DNA of 64,000 nucleotides from Escherichia coli (GTDB lineage Bacteria; Pseudomonadota; Gammaproteobacteria; Enterobacterales; Enterobacteriaceae): NCBI RefSeq assembly GCF_051903065.1, contig NZ_CP178438.1; one strand, 5' to 3'. Shown piece by piece: positions 31,158 to 41,784 of this stretch (position 1 is its first letter; each line of letters starts with the position of its first letter). The notes under the pieces were generated by a model. It saw only the letters and a program-made list of their open reading frames with translations, ran no database searches and was not told where the DNA came from. The position numbers and the translations under genes were made by a program.

Positions 31158-32654
31158 TTAATCCTCTCGGGCAAAAAGTGCCTCTATAAAGTCGTCCGCC
31201 TTAAACGGACGCAAATCCTCAATACGTTCGCCGACACCAATGTAGCGGATAGGGATACCAAACTGGTCAGCCACCGAGAAAATTACCCCGCCTTTCGCCG
31301 TGCCGTCCAGTTTCGTTAGCGTGATGCCGGTTAAGCCAACAGCTTCGTGGAACAGTTTGGCCTGGCTTACCGCGTTCTGCCCGGTGCTGGCATCGATAGT
31401 CAGCATAACTTCATGCGGCGCTTCAACGTCGAGTTTCTTCATCACGCGGACGATTTTCTTCAACTCTTCCATCAGATGCGATTTGTTCTGCAGACGTCCG
31501 GCGGTATCGGCAATCAGGACGTCGATATTACGCGCTTTAGCTGCCTGAATGGCGTCGAAGATAACAGAGGCGGAATCCGCACCGGTATGCTGGGCAATCA
31601 CCGGAATATTGTTGCGCTGACCCCAGACCTGAAGCTGTTCAACCGCTGCTGCACGGAAAGTATCGCCCGCCGCCAGCATCACCGATTTACCCTGCTGCTC
31701 AAACTGACGCGCCAGCTTACCAATCGTCGTGGTTTTGCCCACACCGTTGACGCCCACCATCAGGATCACGAACGGCGTTTTACCTTCAACATTCAGCGGC
31801 TCATCGACTTTCGCCAGAATCTCGCCCATCTCTTCTTTCAGCAGGCCATAGAGCGCCTCGGCATCACGAAGCTGCTTGCGGGATGCGCCTTCCGTCAGAT
31901 TGGTGATAATTTTACGTGTGGTTTCCACGCCCACATCGGCGATCAACAGCTGTTCTTCCAGCTCTTCAAAAAGATCATCGTCGATTTTTTTACCGCGGAA
32001 CAGGCTGATAAATCCGGAACCGAGATTTTCTTTGGTTTTTAACAGGCTGCGTTTCAGGCGCGCGAAGAAACCTTCTTTGGTTGGTTTTTCCTGCTCCTGA
32101 GCGATTTCTTCCACCGGCTGCTCTTCTTCTGCCGGAGGAACCACCATCACCGCCTCTTCTGCCGCTTCGGCTGCCAGCGCCTGTGCTTCCAGCTCTTCGT
32201 CGGTGATTTCTTCTTTAGCCGCTTCTTCTTCCGCCGCTTCGACAATCTCTACGGTTTCCGCTTCAGCCTGCCACTCTTCTGGCGAAACCTCTTCGCCGTT
32301 GACGTCTTCCGGCAACGGCAGTTCTTCACGCTCGATAGCCACTGGCTCCGGCGTTTCTTCTACGACCGGTTCCGGCTGTGCAACGACTTCCGCTTCAGGC
32401 TGCGCTTTTTCACTTTCAACAACCTGTTCAGTGACTTCCACAACGTCGGCAGCAAAAGTTTCCGCCTCGGCTTCAGTATGCGCCTGCGGCTGCTCTTCAA
32501 CGGCTTGTTCCGAAGCCTTCGCAGGCTCTTGCGCCTGAACGATTTCTTCTACAACCGGTTGTTCATTCTGAACTTCTGTCTCTTTTTCCGGGGTCTGCTC
32601 TTTTTGACCAAAGCCCAGCCAGGAAAAAAAGCCACGTTTTTTTTCTTTCGCCAT
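31158..32654 (-). CDS. ftsY: signal recognition particle receptor
   Basis: 498 aa; acidic Glu/Ala-rich N-terminal domain then SRP-GTPase NG domain (GVNGVGKTTTIGKLA, DTAGR). Confidence 0.93.
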   Translation of the reverse strand: MAKEKKRGFFSWLGFGQKEQTPEKETEVQNEQPVVEEIVQAQEPAKASEQAVEEQPQAHTEAEAETFAADVVEVTEQVVESEKAQPEAEVVAQPEPVVEETPEPVAIEREELPLPEDVNGEEVSPEEWQAEAETVEIVEAAEEEAAKEEITDEELEAQALAAEAAEEAVMVVPPAEEEQPVEEIAQEQEKPTKEGFFARLKRSLLKTKENLGSGFISLFRGKKIDDDLFEELEEQLLIADVGVETTRKIITNLTEGASRKQLRDAEALYGLLKEEMGEILAKVDEPLNVEGKTPFVILMVGVNGVGKTTTIGKLARQFEQQGKSVMLAAGDTFRAAAVEQLQVWGQRNNIPVIAQHTGADSASVIFDAIQAAKARNIDVLIADTAGRLQNKSHLMEELKKIVRVMKKLDVEAPHEVMLTIDASTGQNAVSQAKLFHEAVGLTGITLTKLDGTAKGGVIFSVADQFGIPIRYIGVGERIEDLRPFKADDFIEALFARED

Positions 32655-32803
32655 TTGCGACTACACTCCTCGCTGTTGCTTCATGGCACAGCGTTAACGC
32701 TATGTACATAGCAGCTAAAAAAATGATGAAATAGTCTATCACTTAACTTAATTCACATCACCGCCTGCAAGTATGTGTTATCTGGCGGATTGAGCAATTT
32801 ATC

Positions 32804-33400
32804 ATGAAAAAACCGAATCATTCCGGCAGCGGCCAAATCCGCATTATTGGCGGGCAGTGGCGAGGCCGTAAACTCCCGGTTCCTGATAGCCCAGGTCTGC
32901 GCCCCACCACCGACCGCGTACGCGAAACGTTGTTTAACTGGCTGGCTCCGGTCATTGTTGACGCCCAATGTCTGGATTGCTTCGCCGGAAGCGGCGCGCT
33001 GGGGCTGGAAGCGTTATCACGCTACGCTGCGGGGGCCACGTTGATTGAGATGGATCGTGCAGTTTCTCAGCAGTTAATTAAGAATCTGGCGACACTAAAA
33101 GCAGGCAATGCACGCGTAGTGAACAGCAACGCGATGTCATTCCTGGCGCAAAAAGGCACACCGCATAATATCGTGTTTGTCGATCCACCGTTCCGCCGTG
33201 GCTTGTTAGAAGAGACGATAAATTTACTGGAAGATAACGGCTGGCTGGCTGACGAAGCCCTGATTTATGTCGAAAGCGAAGTCGAAAACGGTCTGCCCAC
33301 TGTTCCGGCAAACTGGTCATTGCATCGGGAAAAAGTGGCGGGTCAGGTGGCTTATCGGCTGTATCAACGCGAAGCACAAGGAGAAAGTGATGCTGATTAA
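32804..33400 (+). CDS. rsmD: 16S rRNA m2G966 methyltransferase
   Basis: 198 aa, SAM-MTase motif LDCFAGSGALGLEALSR and DPPF motif. Confidence 0.9.
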   Translation: MKKPNHSGSGQIRIIGGQWRGRKLPVPDSPGLRPTTDRVRETLFNWLAPVIVDAQCLDCFAGSGALGLEALSRYAAGATLIEMDRAVSQQLIKNLATLKAGNARVVNSNAMSFLAQKGTPHNIVFVDPPFRRGLLEETINLLEDNGWLADEALIYVESEVENGLPTVPANWSLHREKVAGQVAYRLYQREAQGESDAD

Positions 33401-33659
33401 TATTGGACGTTTGTTAATGCTCTGCGTTTGGGGATTTTTAATCCTCAACCTGGTGCATCCCTTCCCGCGCCCGCTGAATATTTTCGTTAACGTGGCGCTG
33501 ATTTTTACCGTGCTGATGCATGGTATGCAGCTGGCGCTGTTGAAATCGACCTTGCCGAAAGATGGCCCGCAGATGACCACCGCCGAAAAGGTGCGGATTT
33601 TCCTTTTCGGCGTGTTTGAACTGCTGGTCTGGCAGAAGAAATTTAAAGTTAAAAAATAA
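33390..33659 (+). CDS. yhhL: DUF1145 small inner membrane protein
   Basis: ORF 33267..33659; 89-aa form from MLINIGRLLMLCVWGFLILNL...; overlaps rsmD end by 11 nt. Confidence 0.8.
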   Translation: MLINIGRLLMLCVWGFLILNLVHPFPRPLNIFVNVALIFTVLMHGMQLALLKSTLPKDGPQMTTAEKVRIFLFGVFELLVWQKKFKVKK

Positions 33660-33661
33660 CC

Positions 33662-34021
33662 TTATTGTTCGCCAACAAAGCTGACAAAGCGCGTTCCTTT
33701 ATAGCTCAGCGTACCTTTATCGCCCACTGTCAGGGCGTGGTACTGCTGGGCGTCGAGGCGAAACGTCTGCTCCATTCCTCCGCTTTGCGGTTTGAAGCTT
33801 GCCTCATAGCGCATACTGGTGCCTGCCGGAGTCACTTCCTGCTGGCGCGAACGGCGATCGTTAATCGGTTTTTCCCGCTTGTTGCTCACCACCACCAGCT
33901 TTTGCTGGAGCGGTGCCATATCATTATCAGCTTTTTCCCGTCGCTGTTGCATAAAACGAAACGATGCGGCGACGATGATTAAGCCAATGATAACAATAAA
34001 GAAAAGAGGTGGTTTGCTCAT
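33662..34021 (-). CDS. yhhM: DUF2500 membrane-anchored protein
   Basis: 119 aa with N-terminal TM helix MSKPPLFFIVIIGLIIVAASF. Confidence 0.8.
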   Translation of the reverse strand: MSKPPLFFIVIIGLIIVAASFRFMQQRREKADNDMAPLQQKLVVVSNKREKPINDRRSRQQEVTPAGTSMRYEASFKPQSGGMEQTFRLDAQQYHALTVGDKGTLSYKGTRFVSFVGEQ

Positions 34022-34161
34022 CTTTATCCCTCATCGGAAAATGCGGAATTAAGCATACCCTGCCAGTTATGGTGTTGTCATCCGTCCACCCTCGCCACTA
34101 AACTGGAAGCAAGACCGTAGGCATTCCGCCTACGAAAAAATAACGAATTCAAGGAACTAAG

Positions 34162-34788
34162 ATGCTTTGGTCGTTTATCGCTGTCTGTCTTTCCGCATGG
34201 CTATCTGTGGATGCATCGTATCGTGGGCCAACCTGGCAACGCTGGGTGTTTAAACCGTTAACCCTTCTTCTCCTGTTGTTACTGGCCTGGCAAGCGCCGA
34301 TGTTCGACGCCATTAGCTATCTGGTGCTGGCGGGGCTGTGCGCCTCACTGCTGGGCGATGCGCTAACCCTGTTGCCACGTCAACGTCTGATGTACGCCAT
34401 CGGCGCGTTTTTCCTCTCGCACCTGCTGTACACCATCTATTTCGCCAGTCAGATGACGCTCTCTTTCTTCTGGCCTCTGCCGTTGGTACTGCTGGTTCTG
34501 GGCGCGCTGTTACTGGCGATTATCTGGACGCGGCTGGAAGAGTATCGTTGGCCTATCTGCACGTTTATCGGCATGACGCTGGTGATGGTGTGGCTGGCAG
34601 GTGAACTGTGGTTCTTCCGTCCGACCGCTCCGGCACTCTCTGCGTTTATCGGCGCTTCGTTGCTGTTTATCAGTAACTTTGTCTGGCTGGGTAGCCACTA
34701 TCGCCGACGCTTCCGTGCGGATAACGCCATTGCCGCAGCGTGTTATTTTGCCGGTCACTTCCTCATCGTCCGCTCGCTGTATCTCTGA
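34162..34788 (+). CDS. yhhN: YhhN-family (TMEM86-like) membrane protein
   Basis: 208-aa polytopic membrane protein. Confidence 0.85.
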   Translation: MLWSFIAVCLSAWLSVDASYRGPTWQRWVFKPLTLLLLLLLAWQAPMFDAISYLVLAGLCASLLGDALTLLPRQRLMYAIGAFFLSHLLYTIYFASQMTLSFFWPLPLVLLVLGALLLAIIWTRLEEYRWPICTFIGMTLVMVWLAGELWFFRPTAPALSAFIGASLLFISNFVWLGSHYRRRFRADNAIAAACYFAGHFLIVRSLYL

Positions 34789-34794
34789 TAAAAC

Positions 34795-34826
34795 TTGACT
34801 CTGGAGTCGACTCCAGAGTGTATCCT
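34795..34826 (+). promoter_or_regulatory. zntA promoter with ZntR (MerR-type) operator
   Basis: TTGACT-ctggagtcgactccagagtg-TATCCT: -35 and -10 separated by a 20-bp spacer containing the perfect palindrome actctggagtcgactccagagt, the hallmark of a MerR-family (ZntR) promoter. Confidence 0.8.
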
Positions 34827-34861
34827 TCGGTTAATGAGAAAAAACTTAACCGGAGGATGCC

Positions 34862-37060
34862 ATGTCGACTCCTGACAATCACGGCAAGAAAGCCCCTCAA
34901 TTTGCTGCGTTCAAACCGCTAACCACGGTACAGAACGCCAACGACTGTTGCTGCGACGGCGCATGCTCCAGCACGCCACCTCTTTCTGAAAACGTCTCCG
35001 GCACCCGCTATAGCTGGAAAGTCAGCGGCATGGACTGCGCCGCCTGTGCGCGCAAGGTAGAAAACGCCGTGCGCCAGCTTGCAGGCGTGAATCAGGTGCA
35101 GGTGTTGTTCGCCACCGAAAAACTGGTGGTGGATGCCGACAATGACATCCGTGCCCAGGTTGAATCTGCGGTGCAAAAAGCGGGCTATTCCCTGCGCGAT
35201 GAACAGGCCGCCGAAGAACAACAAGAATCGCGCCTGAAAGAGAATCTGCCGCTGATTACGCTAATCGTGATGATGGCAATCAGCTGGGGTCTGGAGCAGT
35301 TCAATCATCCGTTCGGGCAACTGGCGTTTATCGCGACCACGCTGGTTGGGCTGTACCCGATTGCTCGTCAGGCATTACGGCTGATCAAATCCGGCAGCTA
35401 CTTCGCCATTGAAACCTTAATGAGCGTAGCTGCTATTGGTGCGCTGTTTATTGGCGCAACGGCTGAAGCTGCGATGGTGTTGCTGCTGTTTTTGATTGGT
35501 GAACGACTGGAAGGCTGGGCCGCCAGCCGCGCGCGTCAGGGCGTTAGCGCGTTGATGGCGCTGAAACCAGAAACCGCCACGCGCCTGCGTAACGGTGAGC
35601 GGGAAGAGGTGGCGATTAACAGCCTGCGCCCTGGCGATGTGATTGAAGTTGCGGCGGGCGGGCGTTTGCCTGCCGACGGTAAACTGCTCTCGCCCTTTGC
35701 CAGTTTTGATGAAAGCGCCCTGACCGGCGAATCCATTCCGGTGGAGCGCGCAACGGGCGATAAAGTCCCTGCTGGAGCCACCAGCGTAGACCGTCTGGTA
35801 ACGCTGGAAGTGCTGTCAGAACCGGGTGCCAGCGCCATTGACCGGATTCTGAAACTGATCGAAGAAGCCGAAGAGCGTCGCGCCCCCATTGAGCGGTTTA
35901 TCGACCGTTTCAGCCGTATTTATACGCCAGCAATTATGGCCGTCGCCCTGCTGGTAACGCTGGTACCGCCGCTGCTGTTTGCCGCCAGCTGGCAAGAGTG
36001 GATTTATAAAGGGCTGACGCTGCTGCTGATTGGCTGCCCATGTGCGTTAGTTATCTCCACGCCCGCGGCGATTACCTCCGGGCTGGCAGCAGCGGCACGT
36101 CGTGGGGCGTTAATTAAAGGCGGTGCGGCGCTGGAGCAGCTAGGTCGTGTTACCCAGGTGGCGTTTGATAAAACCGGTACGCTGACCGTCGGTAAACCGC
36201 GCGTTACCGCGATTCATCCGGCAACGGGTATTAGTGAATCTGAACTGCTGACACTGGCGGCGGCGGTCGAGCAAGGCGCGACGCATCCACTGGCGCAGGC
36301 CATCGTGCGCGAAGCACAGGTTGCTGCACTCGCCATTCCCGCCGCCGAATCACAGCGGGCGCTGGTCGGGTCTGGCATTGAAGCGCAGGTTAACGGTGAG
36401 CGCGTATTGATTTGCGCTGCCGGGAAACATCCCGCTGATGCATTTGCTGGTTTAATTAACGAACTGGAAAGCGCCGGGCAAACGGTAGTGCTGGTAGTAC
36501 GTAACGATGACGTGCTTGGTGTCATTGCGTTACAGGATACCCTGCGCGCCGATGCTGCAACTGCCATCAGTGAACTGAACGCGCTGGGCGTCAAAGGGGT
36601 GATCCTCACCGGCGATAATCCACGCGCAGCGGCGGCAATTGCCGGGGAGCTGGGGCTGGAGTTTAAAGCGGGCCTGTTGCCGGAAGATAAAGTCAAAGCG
36701 GTGACCGAGCTGAATCAACATGCGCCGCTGGCGATGGTCGGTGACGGTATTAACGACGCGCCAGCGATGAAAGCTGCCGCCATCGGGATTGCAATGGGCA
36801 GCGGCACAGACGTGGCGCTGGAAACCGCCGACGCAGCATTAACCCATAACCACCTGCGCGGTCTGGTGCAAATGATTGAACTGGCACGCGCCACTCACGC
36901 CAATATCCGCCAGAACATCACTATTGCGCTGGGGCTGAAAGGGATCTTCCTCGTCACCACGCTGTTAGGAATGACCGGACTATGGCTGGCGGTGCTGGCA
37001 GATACGGGTGCGACGGTGCTGGTAACGGCGAATGCGTTAAGGTTGTTGCGCAGGAAATAA
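34862..37060 (+). CDS. zntA: Zn(II)/Cd(II)/Pb(II)-translocating P1B-type ATPase
   Basis: 732 aa; N-terminal metal-binding GMDCAACARKVE, CPC transduction motif (IGCPCALVISTP), DKTGT phosphorylation site, GDGINDAPA. Confidence 0.95.
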   Translation: MSTPDNHGKKAPQFAAFKPLTTVQNANDCCCDGACSSTPPLSENVSGTRYSWKVSGMDCAACARKVENAVRQLAGVNQVQVLFATEKLVVDADNDIRAQVESAVQKAGYSLRDEQAAEEQQESRLKENLPLITLIVMMAISWGLEQFNHPFGQLAFIATTLVGLYPIARQALRLIKSGSYFAIETLMSVAAIGALFIGATAEAAMVLLLFLIGERLEGWAASRARQGVSALMALKPETATRLRNGEREEVAINSLRPGDVIEVAAGGRLPADGKLLSPFASFDESALTGESIPVERATGDKVPAGATSVDRLVTLEVLSEPGASAIDRILKLIEEAEERRAPIERFIDRFSRIYTPAIMAVALLVTLVPPLLFAASWQEWIYKGLTLLLIGCPCALVISTPAAITSGLAAAARRGALIKGGAALEQLGRVTQVAFDKTGTLTVGKPRVTAIHPATGISESELLTLAAAVEQGATHPLAQAIVREAQVAALAIPAAESQRALVGSGIEAQVNGERVLICAAGKHPADAFAGLINELESAGQTVVLVVRNDDVLGVIALQDTLRADAATAISELNALGVKGVILTGDNPRAAAAIAGELGLEFKAGLLPEDKVKAVTELNQHAPLAMVGDGINDAPAMKAAAIGIAMGSGTDVALETADAALTHNHLRGLVQMIELARATHANIRQNITIALGLKGIFLVTTLLGMTGLWLAVLADTGATVLVTANALRLLRRK

Positions 37061-37092
37061 AGGTGTTGCCTGATAGCCTCTGGCTATCAGGG

Positions 37093-37401
37093 TTAGTGCT
37101 GGGCCGGGAACGGTGGCATGGTCAGGAAAGTGTAATATAGCGCTAACATCAGAATGACGGAGATAACACAACATGTAGCAACCAGGCGGGACGTGAATGA
37201 TGGCCTTTTGAACATCAACCACAGGGCATAAGCAAGCCCGACGCCGTTAAGTAAAGGTAAAAAAATCATTAGCCAGAGCCAACCACAGGCAAGTACCCCC
37301 AGCCATCCCCCCACGGCGATTAAAACAGGCATCAGCCAATTGGGGGCGAACATCGCGAACAATCCCAGCAATCCCAGGCAAACAGGAATTAAATAATCCA
37401 T
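37093..37401 (-). CDS. hypothetical small inner membrane protein
   Basis: 102-aa strongly hydrophobic ORF (about 3 predicted helices); no clear SD; annotation status unknown to me. Confidence 0.4.
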   Translation of the reverse strand: MDYLIPVCLGLLGLFAMFAPNWLMPVLIAVGGWLGVLACGWLWLMIFLPLLNGVGLAYALWLMFKRPSFTSRLVATCCVISVILMLALYYTFLTMPPFPAQH

Positions 37402-37425
37402 TTGTGTATTCCATTACACTTGCTT

Positions 37426-37530
37426 GCCGGATGCGGCGTGAACGCCTTATCCGTCCTACGTACCGGTTTCAAGCAGCAACATTGAGTGCGATCGGTCCCC
37501 TCGCCCCTCAGGGGAGAGGGTTAGGGTAAC
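37426..37530. repeat. REP element plus adjacent GC-rich palindromic repeat
   Basis: gccggatgcggcgtgaacgccttatccgtcctacg (REP consensus) at 37426-37460, and cccctcgcccctcaggggagagggttaggg at about 37495-37530. Confidence 0.7.
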
Positions 37531-37545
37531 AGTCCGTGATCCACC

Positions 37546-37791
37546 TTAACCACCTTTACGAATCAAATAACGATAAGGCAGTCCATCCGTCTCTTTGGCA
37601 ACCAGTTCGTGTTCCATAAAGGTACAAAACCCAGGGATATCGCGGGTCGTCGCCGGATCGTCAGCAATAATCAGCAACGTTTCACCTGGCTGCATATTGC
37701 GCACTGTTTTGCGCACCATCATTACGGGTTCCGGGCAGCGCAGGCCAAGTGCGTCGAGTGTGTGGTCAGGGCTGGAAAAGAGATCGGTCAT
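37546..37791 (-). CDS. tusA: sulfur carrier protein TusA
   Basis: 81 aa with [11 protein letters not shown] active-site Cys motif. Confidence 0.93.
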
Positions 37792-38011
37792 TTTCTTCTC
37801 ATCACATAAAAAAACGGCGCTAGTTTACGCCCTGTGAGTCCGTAAGCAAACCAGGTTAACGATTGCGTGAAAATTAACCATTGCATTGTCAACGTAAAGC
37901 AGTATCATGCGGCGGCTCGAAAAAAGGGTAAGCACGTTATTATGTTAAGGTAACAGACGTGTCGTACGTATTGGGTTCCCTCACCCCAATGGTTAATCAA
38001 AAAGGTACAAT

Positions 38012-38677
38012 ATGAACGTTTTCTCGCAAACTCAACGCTATAAGGCGTTGTTCTGGTTATCGTTATTTCATCTGCTGGTGATCACCTCCAGTAACTATCT
38101 GGTTCAGCTTCCCGTCTCCATTTTTGGTTTCCATACCACCTGGGGCGCGTTTAGCTTTCCGTTTATCTTTCTCGCTACCGACCTGACCGTACGTATTTTT
38201 GGCGCACCGCTGGCCCGTCGTATCATCTTTGCGGTGATGATCCCGGCATTGCTGATCTCCTACGTCATCTCGTCGCTATTCTATATGGGTTCCTGGCAGG
38301 GATTCGGCGCACTCGCCCACTTCAACCTGTTTGTCGCCCGTATCGCCACCGCCAGTTTCATGGCCTACGCGCTGGGACAGATCCTCGACGTGCACGTTTT
38401 TAACCGCCTGCGTCAGAGTCGCCGCTGGTGGCTGGCACCGACAGCGTCCACACTGTTCGGTAACGTCAGCGACACGCTGGCCTTTTTCTTCATTGCCTTC
38501 TGGCGTAGCCCGGATGCCTTTATGGCTGAACACTGGATGGAAATCGCGCTGGTCGATTACTGTTTCAAAGTGTTAATCAGTATCGTTTTCTTCCTGCCAA
38601 TGTATGGCGTATTACTCAATATGCTGTTGAAAAGACTGGCAGATAAATCCGAAATCAACGCTTTGCAGGCGAGTTAA
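38012..38677 (+). CDS. yhhQ: queuosine precursor transporter (YhhQ family)
   Basis: 221-aa membrane protein MNVFSQTQRYKALFWLSLFHLLVITSSNYL... Confidence 0.88.
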   Translation: MNVFSQTQRYKALFWLSLFHLLVITSSNYLVQLPVSIFGFHTTWGAFSFPFIFLATDLTVRIFGAPLARRIIFAVMIPALLISYVISSLFYMGSWQGFGALAHFNLFVARIATASFMAYALGQILDVHVFNRLRQSRRWWLAPTASTLFGNVSDTLAFFFIAFWRSPDAFMAEHWMEIALVDYCFKVLISIVFFLPMYGVLLNMLLKRLADKSEINALQAS

Positions 38678-38749
38678 AGGTTCGTTATCAGAGTTGTGAT
38701 AAGATGGATGAATGAGCCGTTATGGCCGTTTATCGAAAGGAAGAAGTCA

Positions 38750-39307
38750 ATGCGCAATCTGGTTAAATATGTCGGAATTGGCCTGCTGGTTATGGGGCTT
38801 GCGGCCTGTGATGATAAAGACACTAACGCTACGGCGCAGGGTTCGGTCGCGGAAAGTAACGCTACCGGGAATCCCGTCAACCTGCTTGATGGCAAGTTAA
38901 GTTTCTCGCTGCCAGCGGATATGACCGACCAGAGCGGTAAGCTGGGAACGCAGGCCAATAACATGCATGTCTGGTCCGACGCCACCGGGCAGAAAGCAGT
39001 CATCGTCATCATGGGCGATGATCCGAAAGAAGATCTGGCGGTGCTGGCGAAGCGCCTGGAAGATCAGCAACGTAGCCGCGATCCGCAGCTGCAAGTAGTG
39101 ACCAACAAAGCCATTGAGCTGAAAGGTCACAAAATGCAGCAGTTAGACAGTATTATCTCCGCGAAAGGCCAGACGGCGTACTCTTCCGTTATTCTGGGTA
39201 ACGTGGGTAATCAACTGCTGACCATGCAAATTACTCTGCCAGCTGACGATCAGCAAAAAGCGCAGACCACCGCAGAAAACATCATTAATACGCTGGTTAT
39301 TCAGTAA
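38750..39307 (+). CDS. dcrB: periplasmic lipoprotein DcrB
   Basis: ORF 38696..39307; 185-aa form from [20 protein letters not shown] (lipobox LAAC). Confidence 0.88.
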
Positions 39308-39310
39308 GTT

Positions 39311-40528
39311 TTAAGATGATGAGGCGGCCTCAGGGACGTGTTCCGGAGGCCGTTTTTTTAATCGCCACGTCAGTAATAACGCGATTGCGACCAGTCCCGC
39401 CGCCGCCAGATAAATCACCGGGACGCCCGCCCAACTCATCACCAGCCCAGCCAGTGGTCCGGTCACGCCAAGCGATAAATCCATAAATACGGTGTAAGTT
39501 GCCAGCGCCGCCCCCTGATTTTGCTGCGGAACCGCTTTTACCGCCACTACACCCAATGCCGGGAATACCAGCGAAAACCCTGCCCCCGCCAGTAAGACGC
39601 CGATTTTCGCCATCCACGGCATAGTCGCCACGCCAACCAGCAGCAGGCCGATAATCTCAACGCTAAAGCAAATCATCGCTACGTTTAAGCCGCCGATACG
39701 GTTAATGCCGTTAGGGAATAACAAACGCGTACCGACAAACGCACAGCTAAACAGCGTCAGCGCGAAAGCCGCACCGTCCCAACCTTTAGCGTCATAAAAC
39801 AGCGTGATAAAGGTGGCGATGACGCCAAATCCGGCGGAAGCCAGTGCCAGCGCCATACCGTACAGCCAGACGCGCCCAAGCACCGCGCGAAACGGCAGCG
39901 GTTTGCCTTTACTGGCTTTTACCGTCGGACGCGGGAGCGCCAACAAAATGGCCACCAGCGCCACGCCCATAATGATTAACGCTAACGCCTGCAAGCCGCC
40001 CCAGTGATAAAACACGACGCCTAACGGCGCACCCATCGCCATCGCCCCATAAGTGACAATGCCGTTCCACGAAATCACCCGCCCGATATGCAGCGAGCCA
40101 ACCACGCCAACGCCCCACAGGGTCGATCCCGTTCCGGCAAAACTTTGCCCAATCCCAAGGATCACGCGTCCCAGGCAAAGTAATAACAGGCTGATGACGG
40201 GCAGACTGGCGGTTAATCCTGCCGTCAGATATCCCAGACCGCTCAAAAAGCAGCCGCATAAACCGAAGACGACAATCTTTTTGGGGCCCAGCAAATCGGC
40301 GTAACGTCCGGCATGAGGACGGCTCAGCAAGGTGGCAAAATATTGCAGGCTGATAACCAATCCTGCCCAGAAAGCGCTAAAGCCCATCACATCATGGACA
40401 TAGCCCGGTAATACAGCGAGCGGCAACCCGATGGTGAGGTAGCTGGCGAAGTTAAACATGACAATGGAGACAATGCGCAAATTCAGGCGCAATCCGTTTA
40501 GCGCGGGTTCGGCTACGGGTTCGGGCAT
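39311..40528 (-). CDS. yhhS: MFS transporter
   Basis: ORF 39311..40570; 405-aa form from MPEPVAEPALNG...; 12-TM MFS pattern. Confidence 0.85.
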   Translation of the reverse strand: MPEPVAEPALNGLRLNLRIVSIVMFNFASYLTIGLPLAVLPGYVHDVMGFSAFWAGLVISLQYFATLLSRPHAGRYADLLGPKKIVVFGLCGCFLSGLGYLTAGLTASLPVISLLLLCLGRVILGIGQSFAGTGSTLWGVGVVGSLHIGRVISWNGIVTYGAMAMGAPLGVVFYHWGGLQALALIIMGVALVAILLALPRPTVKASKGKPLPFRAVLGRVWLYGMALALASAGFGVIATFITLFYDAKGWDGAAFALTLFSCAFVGTRLLFPNGINRIGGLNVAMICFSVEIIGLLLVGVATMPWMAKIGVLLAGAGFSLVFPALGVVAVKAVPQQNQGAALATYTVFMDLSLGVTGPLAGLVMSWAGVPVIYLAAAGLVAIALLLTWRLKKRPPEHVPEAASSS

Positions 40529-40659
40529 GAGGATCACCACATTTTTACAACAGTGTTTCATTTTTACCACGTGCTGACGTGAAAATCAGCAGTAAGAATC
40601 AGAATATTGCTGGCGTGACTCCCGCTACACTTAATACAAAAAGTCACAAGGAAGCCCCA

Positions 40660-41709
40660 ATGGAAACCCCTCAACCCGATAAAACGGGCATGCACATTCT
40701 GCTCAAGCTGGCCTCGCTGGTAGTGATCCTCGCGGGCATTCACGCAGCGGCAGATATCATTGTGCAGCTGTTACTGGCGCTGTTTTTTGCCATCGTCCTC
40801 AACCCGCTCGTCACCTGGTTTATTCGTCGGGGAGTACAACGCCCCGTTGCCATTACGATTGTAGTGGTGGTGATGCTGATCGCACTAACCGCGCTGGTCG
40901 GCGTACTGGCGGCATCGTTTAACGAATTTATCTCTATGCTGCCGAAGTTTAATAAGGAGCTGACGCGCAAACTTTTTAAATTGCAGGAGATGTTGCCTTT
41001 TCTTAATTTGCATATGTCGCCGGAGCGAATGCTGCAGCGGATGGACTCGGAAAAAGTGGTTACCTTCACCACAGCGCTAATGACCGGGCTTTCCGGGGCA
41101 ATGGCGAGCGTGCTTTTGCTGGTGATGACCGTAGTTTTTATGCTGTTTGAAGTGCGCCACGTCCCTTACAAAATGCGTTTTGCATTGAATAATCCACAGA
41201 TTCATATCGCCGGACTACACCGCGCACTTAAAGGCGTTTCGCATTATCTGGCGTTAAAGACGCTACTCAGTTTATGGACAGGTGTCATCGTCTGGCTGGG
41301 GCTGGAGCTGATGGGGGTGCAGTTTGCGCTGATGTGGGCAGTACTGGCGTTTTTGCTCAACTACGTGCCCAATATCGGCGCGGTAATTTCCGCCGTACCG
41401 CCAATGATTCAGGTGCTGCTGTTTAATGGTGTTTACGAATGTATTCTGGTCGGCGCATTGTTTTTAGTGGTCCATATGGTCATCGGCAATATTTTAGAAC
41501 CACGGATGATGGGCCATCGCCTGGGGATGTCCACCATGGTGGTATTTCTTTCATTGTTAATTTGGGGATGGCTGCTCGGCCCGGTAGGGATGCTACTTTC
41601 GGTGCCATTAACCAGCGTGTGTAAAATCTGGATGGAAACGACGAAAGGCGGCAGCAAACTGGCGATTTTACTGGGGCCGGGCAGACCGAAAAGTCGGTTA
41701 CCGGGTTAA
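40660..41709 (+). CDS. yhhT: AI-2E/PerM-family membrane protein
   Basis: ORF 40579..41709; 349-aa form from METPQPDKTGMHILLKLASL... Confidence 0.85.
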   Translation: METPQPDKTGMHILLKLASLVVILAGIHAAADIIVQLLLALFFAIVLNPLVTWFIRRGVQRPVAITIVVVVMLIALTALVGVLAASFNEFISMLPKFNKELTRKLFKLQEMLPFLNLHMSPERMLQRMDSEKVVTFTTALMTGLSGAMASVLLLVMTVVFMLFEVRHVPYKMRFALNNPQIHIAGLHRALKGVSHYLALKTLLSLWTGVIVWLGLELMGVQFALMWAVLAFLLNYVPNIGAVISAVPPMIQVLLFNGVYECILVGALFLVVHMVIGNILEPRMMGHRLGMSTMVVFLSLLIWGWLLGPVGMLLSVPLTSVCKIWMETTKGGSKLAILLGPGRPKSRLPG

Positions 41710-41720
41710 TAGCACCTCCT

Positions 41721-41729
41721 GAGCAGGCA
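41721..41729. repeat. IS1 target-site duplication, left copy (GAGCAGGCA)
   Basis: 9-bp sequence gagcaggca directly abuts the IS1 left end and recurs directly after the right end. Confidence 0.8.
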
Positions 41730-41784
41730 GGTGATGCTGCCAACTTACTGATTTAGTGTATGATGGTGTTTTTGAGGTGCTCCA

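Noticed and set aside
31900-32654. Highly repetitive GAA/GCT-rich stretch at the ftsY 5' end as a possible repeat element, plus antisense ORFs 31347..32042 and 32203..32538
   Set aside because: It encodes the acidic Glu/Ala-rich A-domain of FtsY; the antisense ORFs are artefacts of that composition.
34919-36721. Several Ala/Ser-rich antisense ORFs within zntA (for example 35536..35889, 36214..36696)
   Set aside because: Antisense to a complete P-type ATPase gene; composition-driven.
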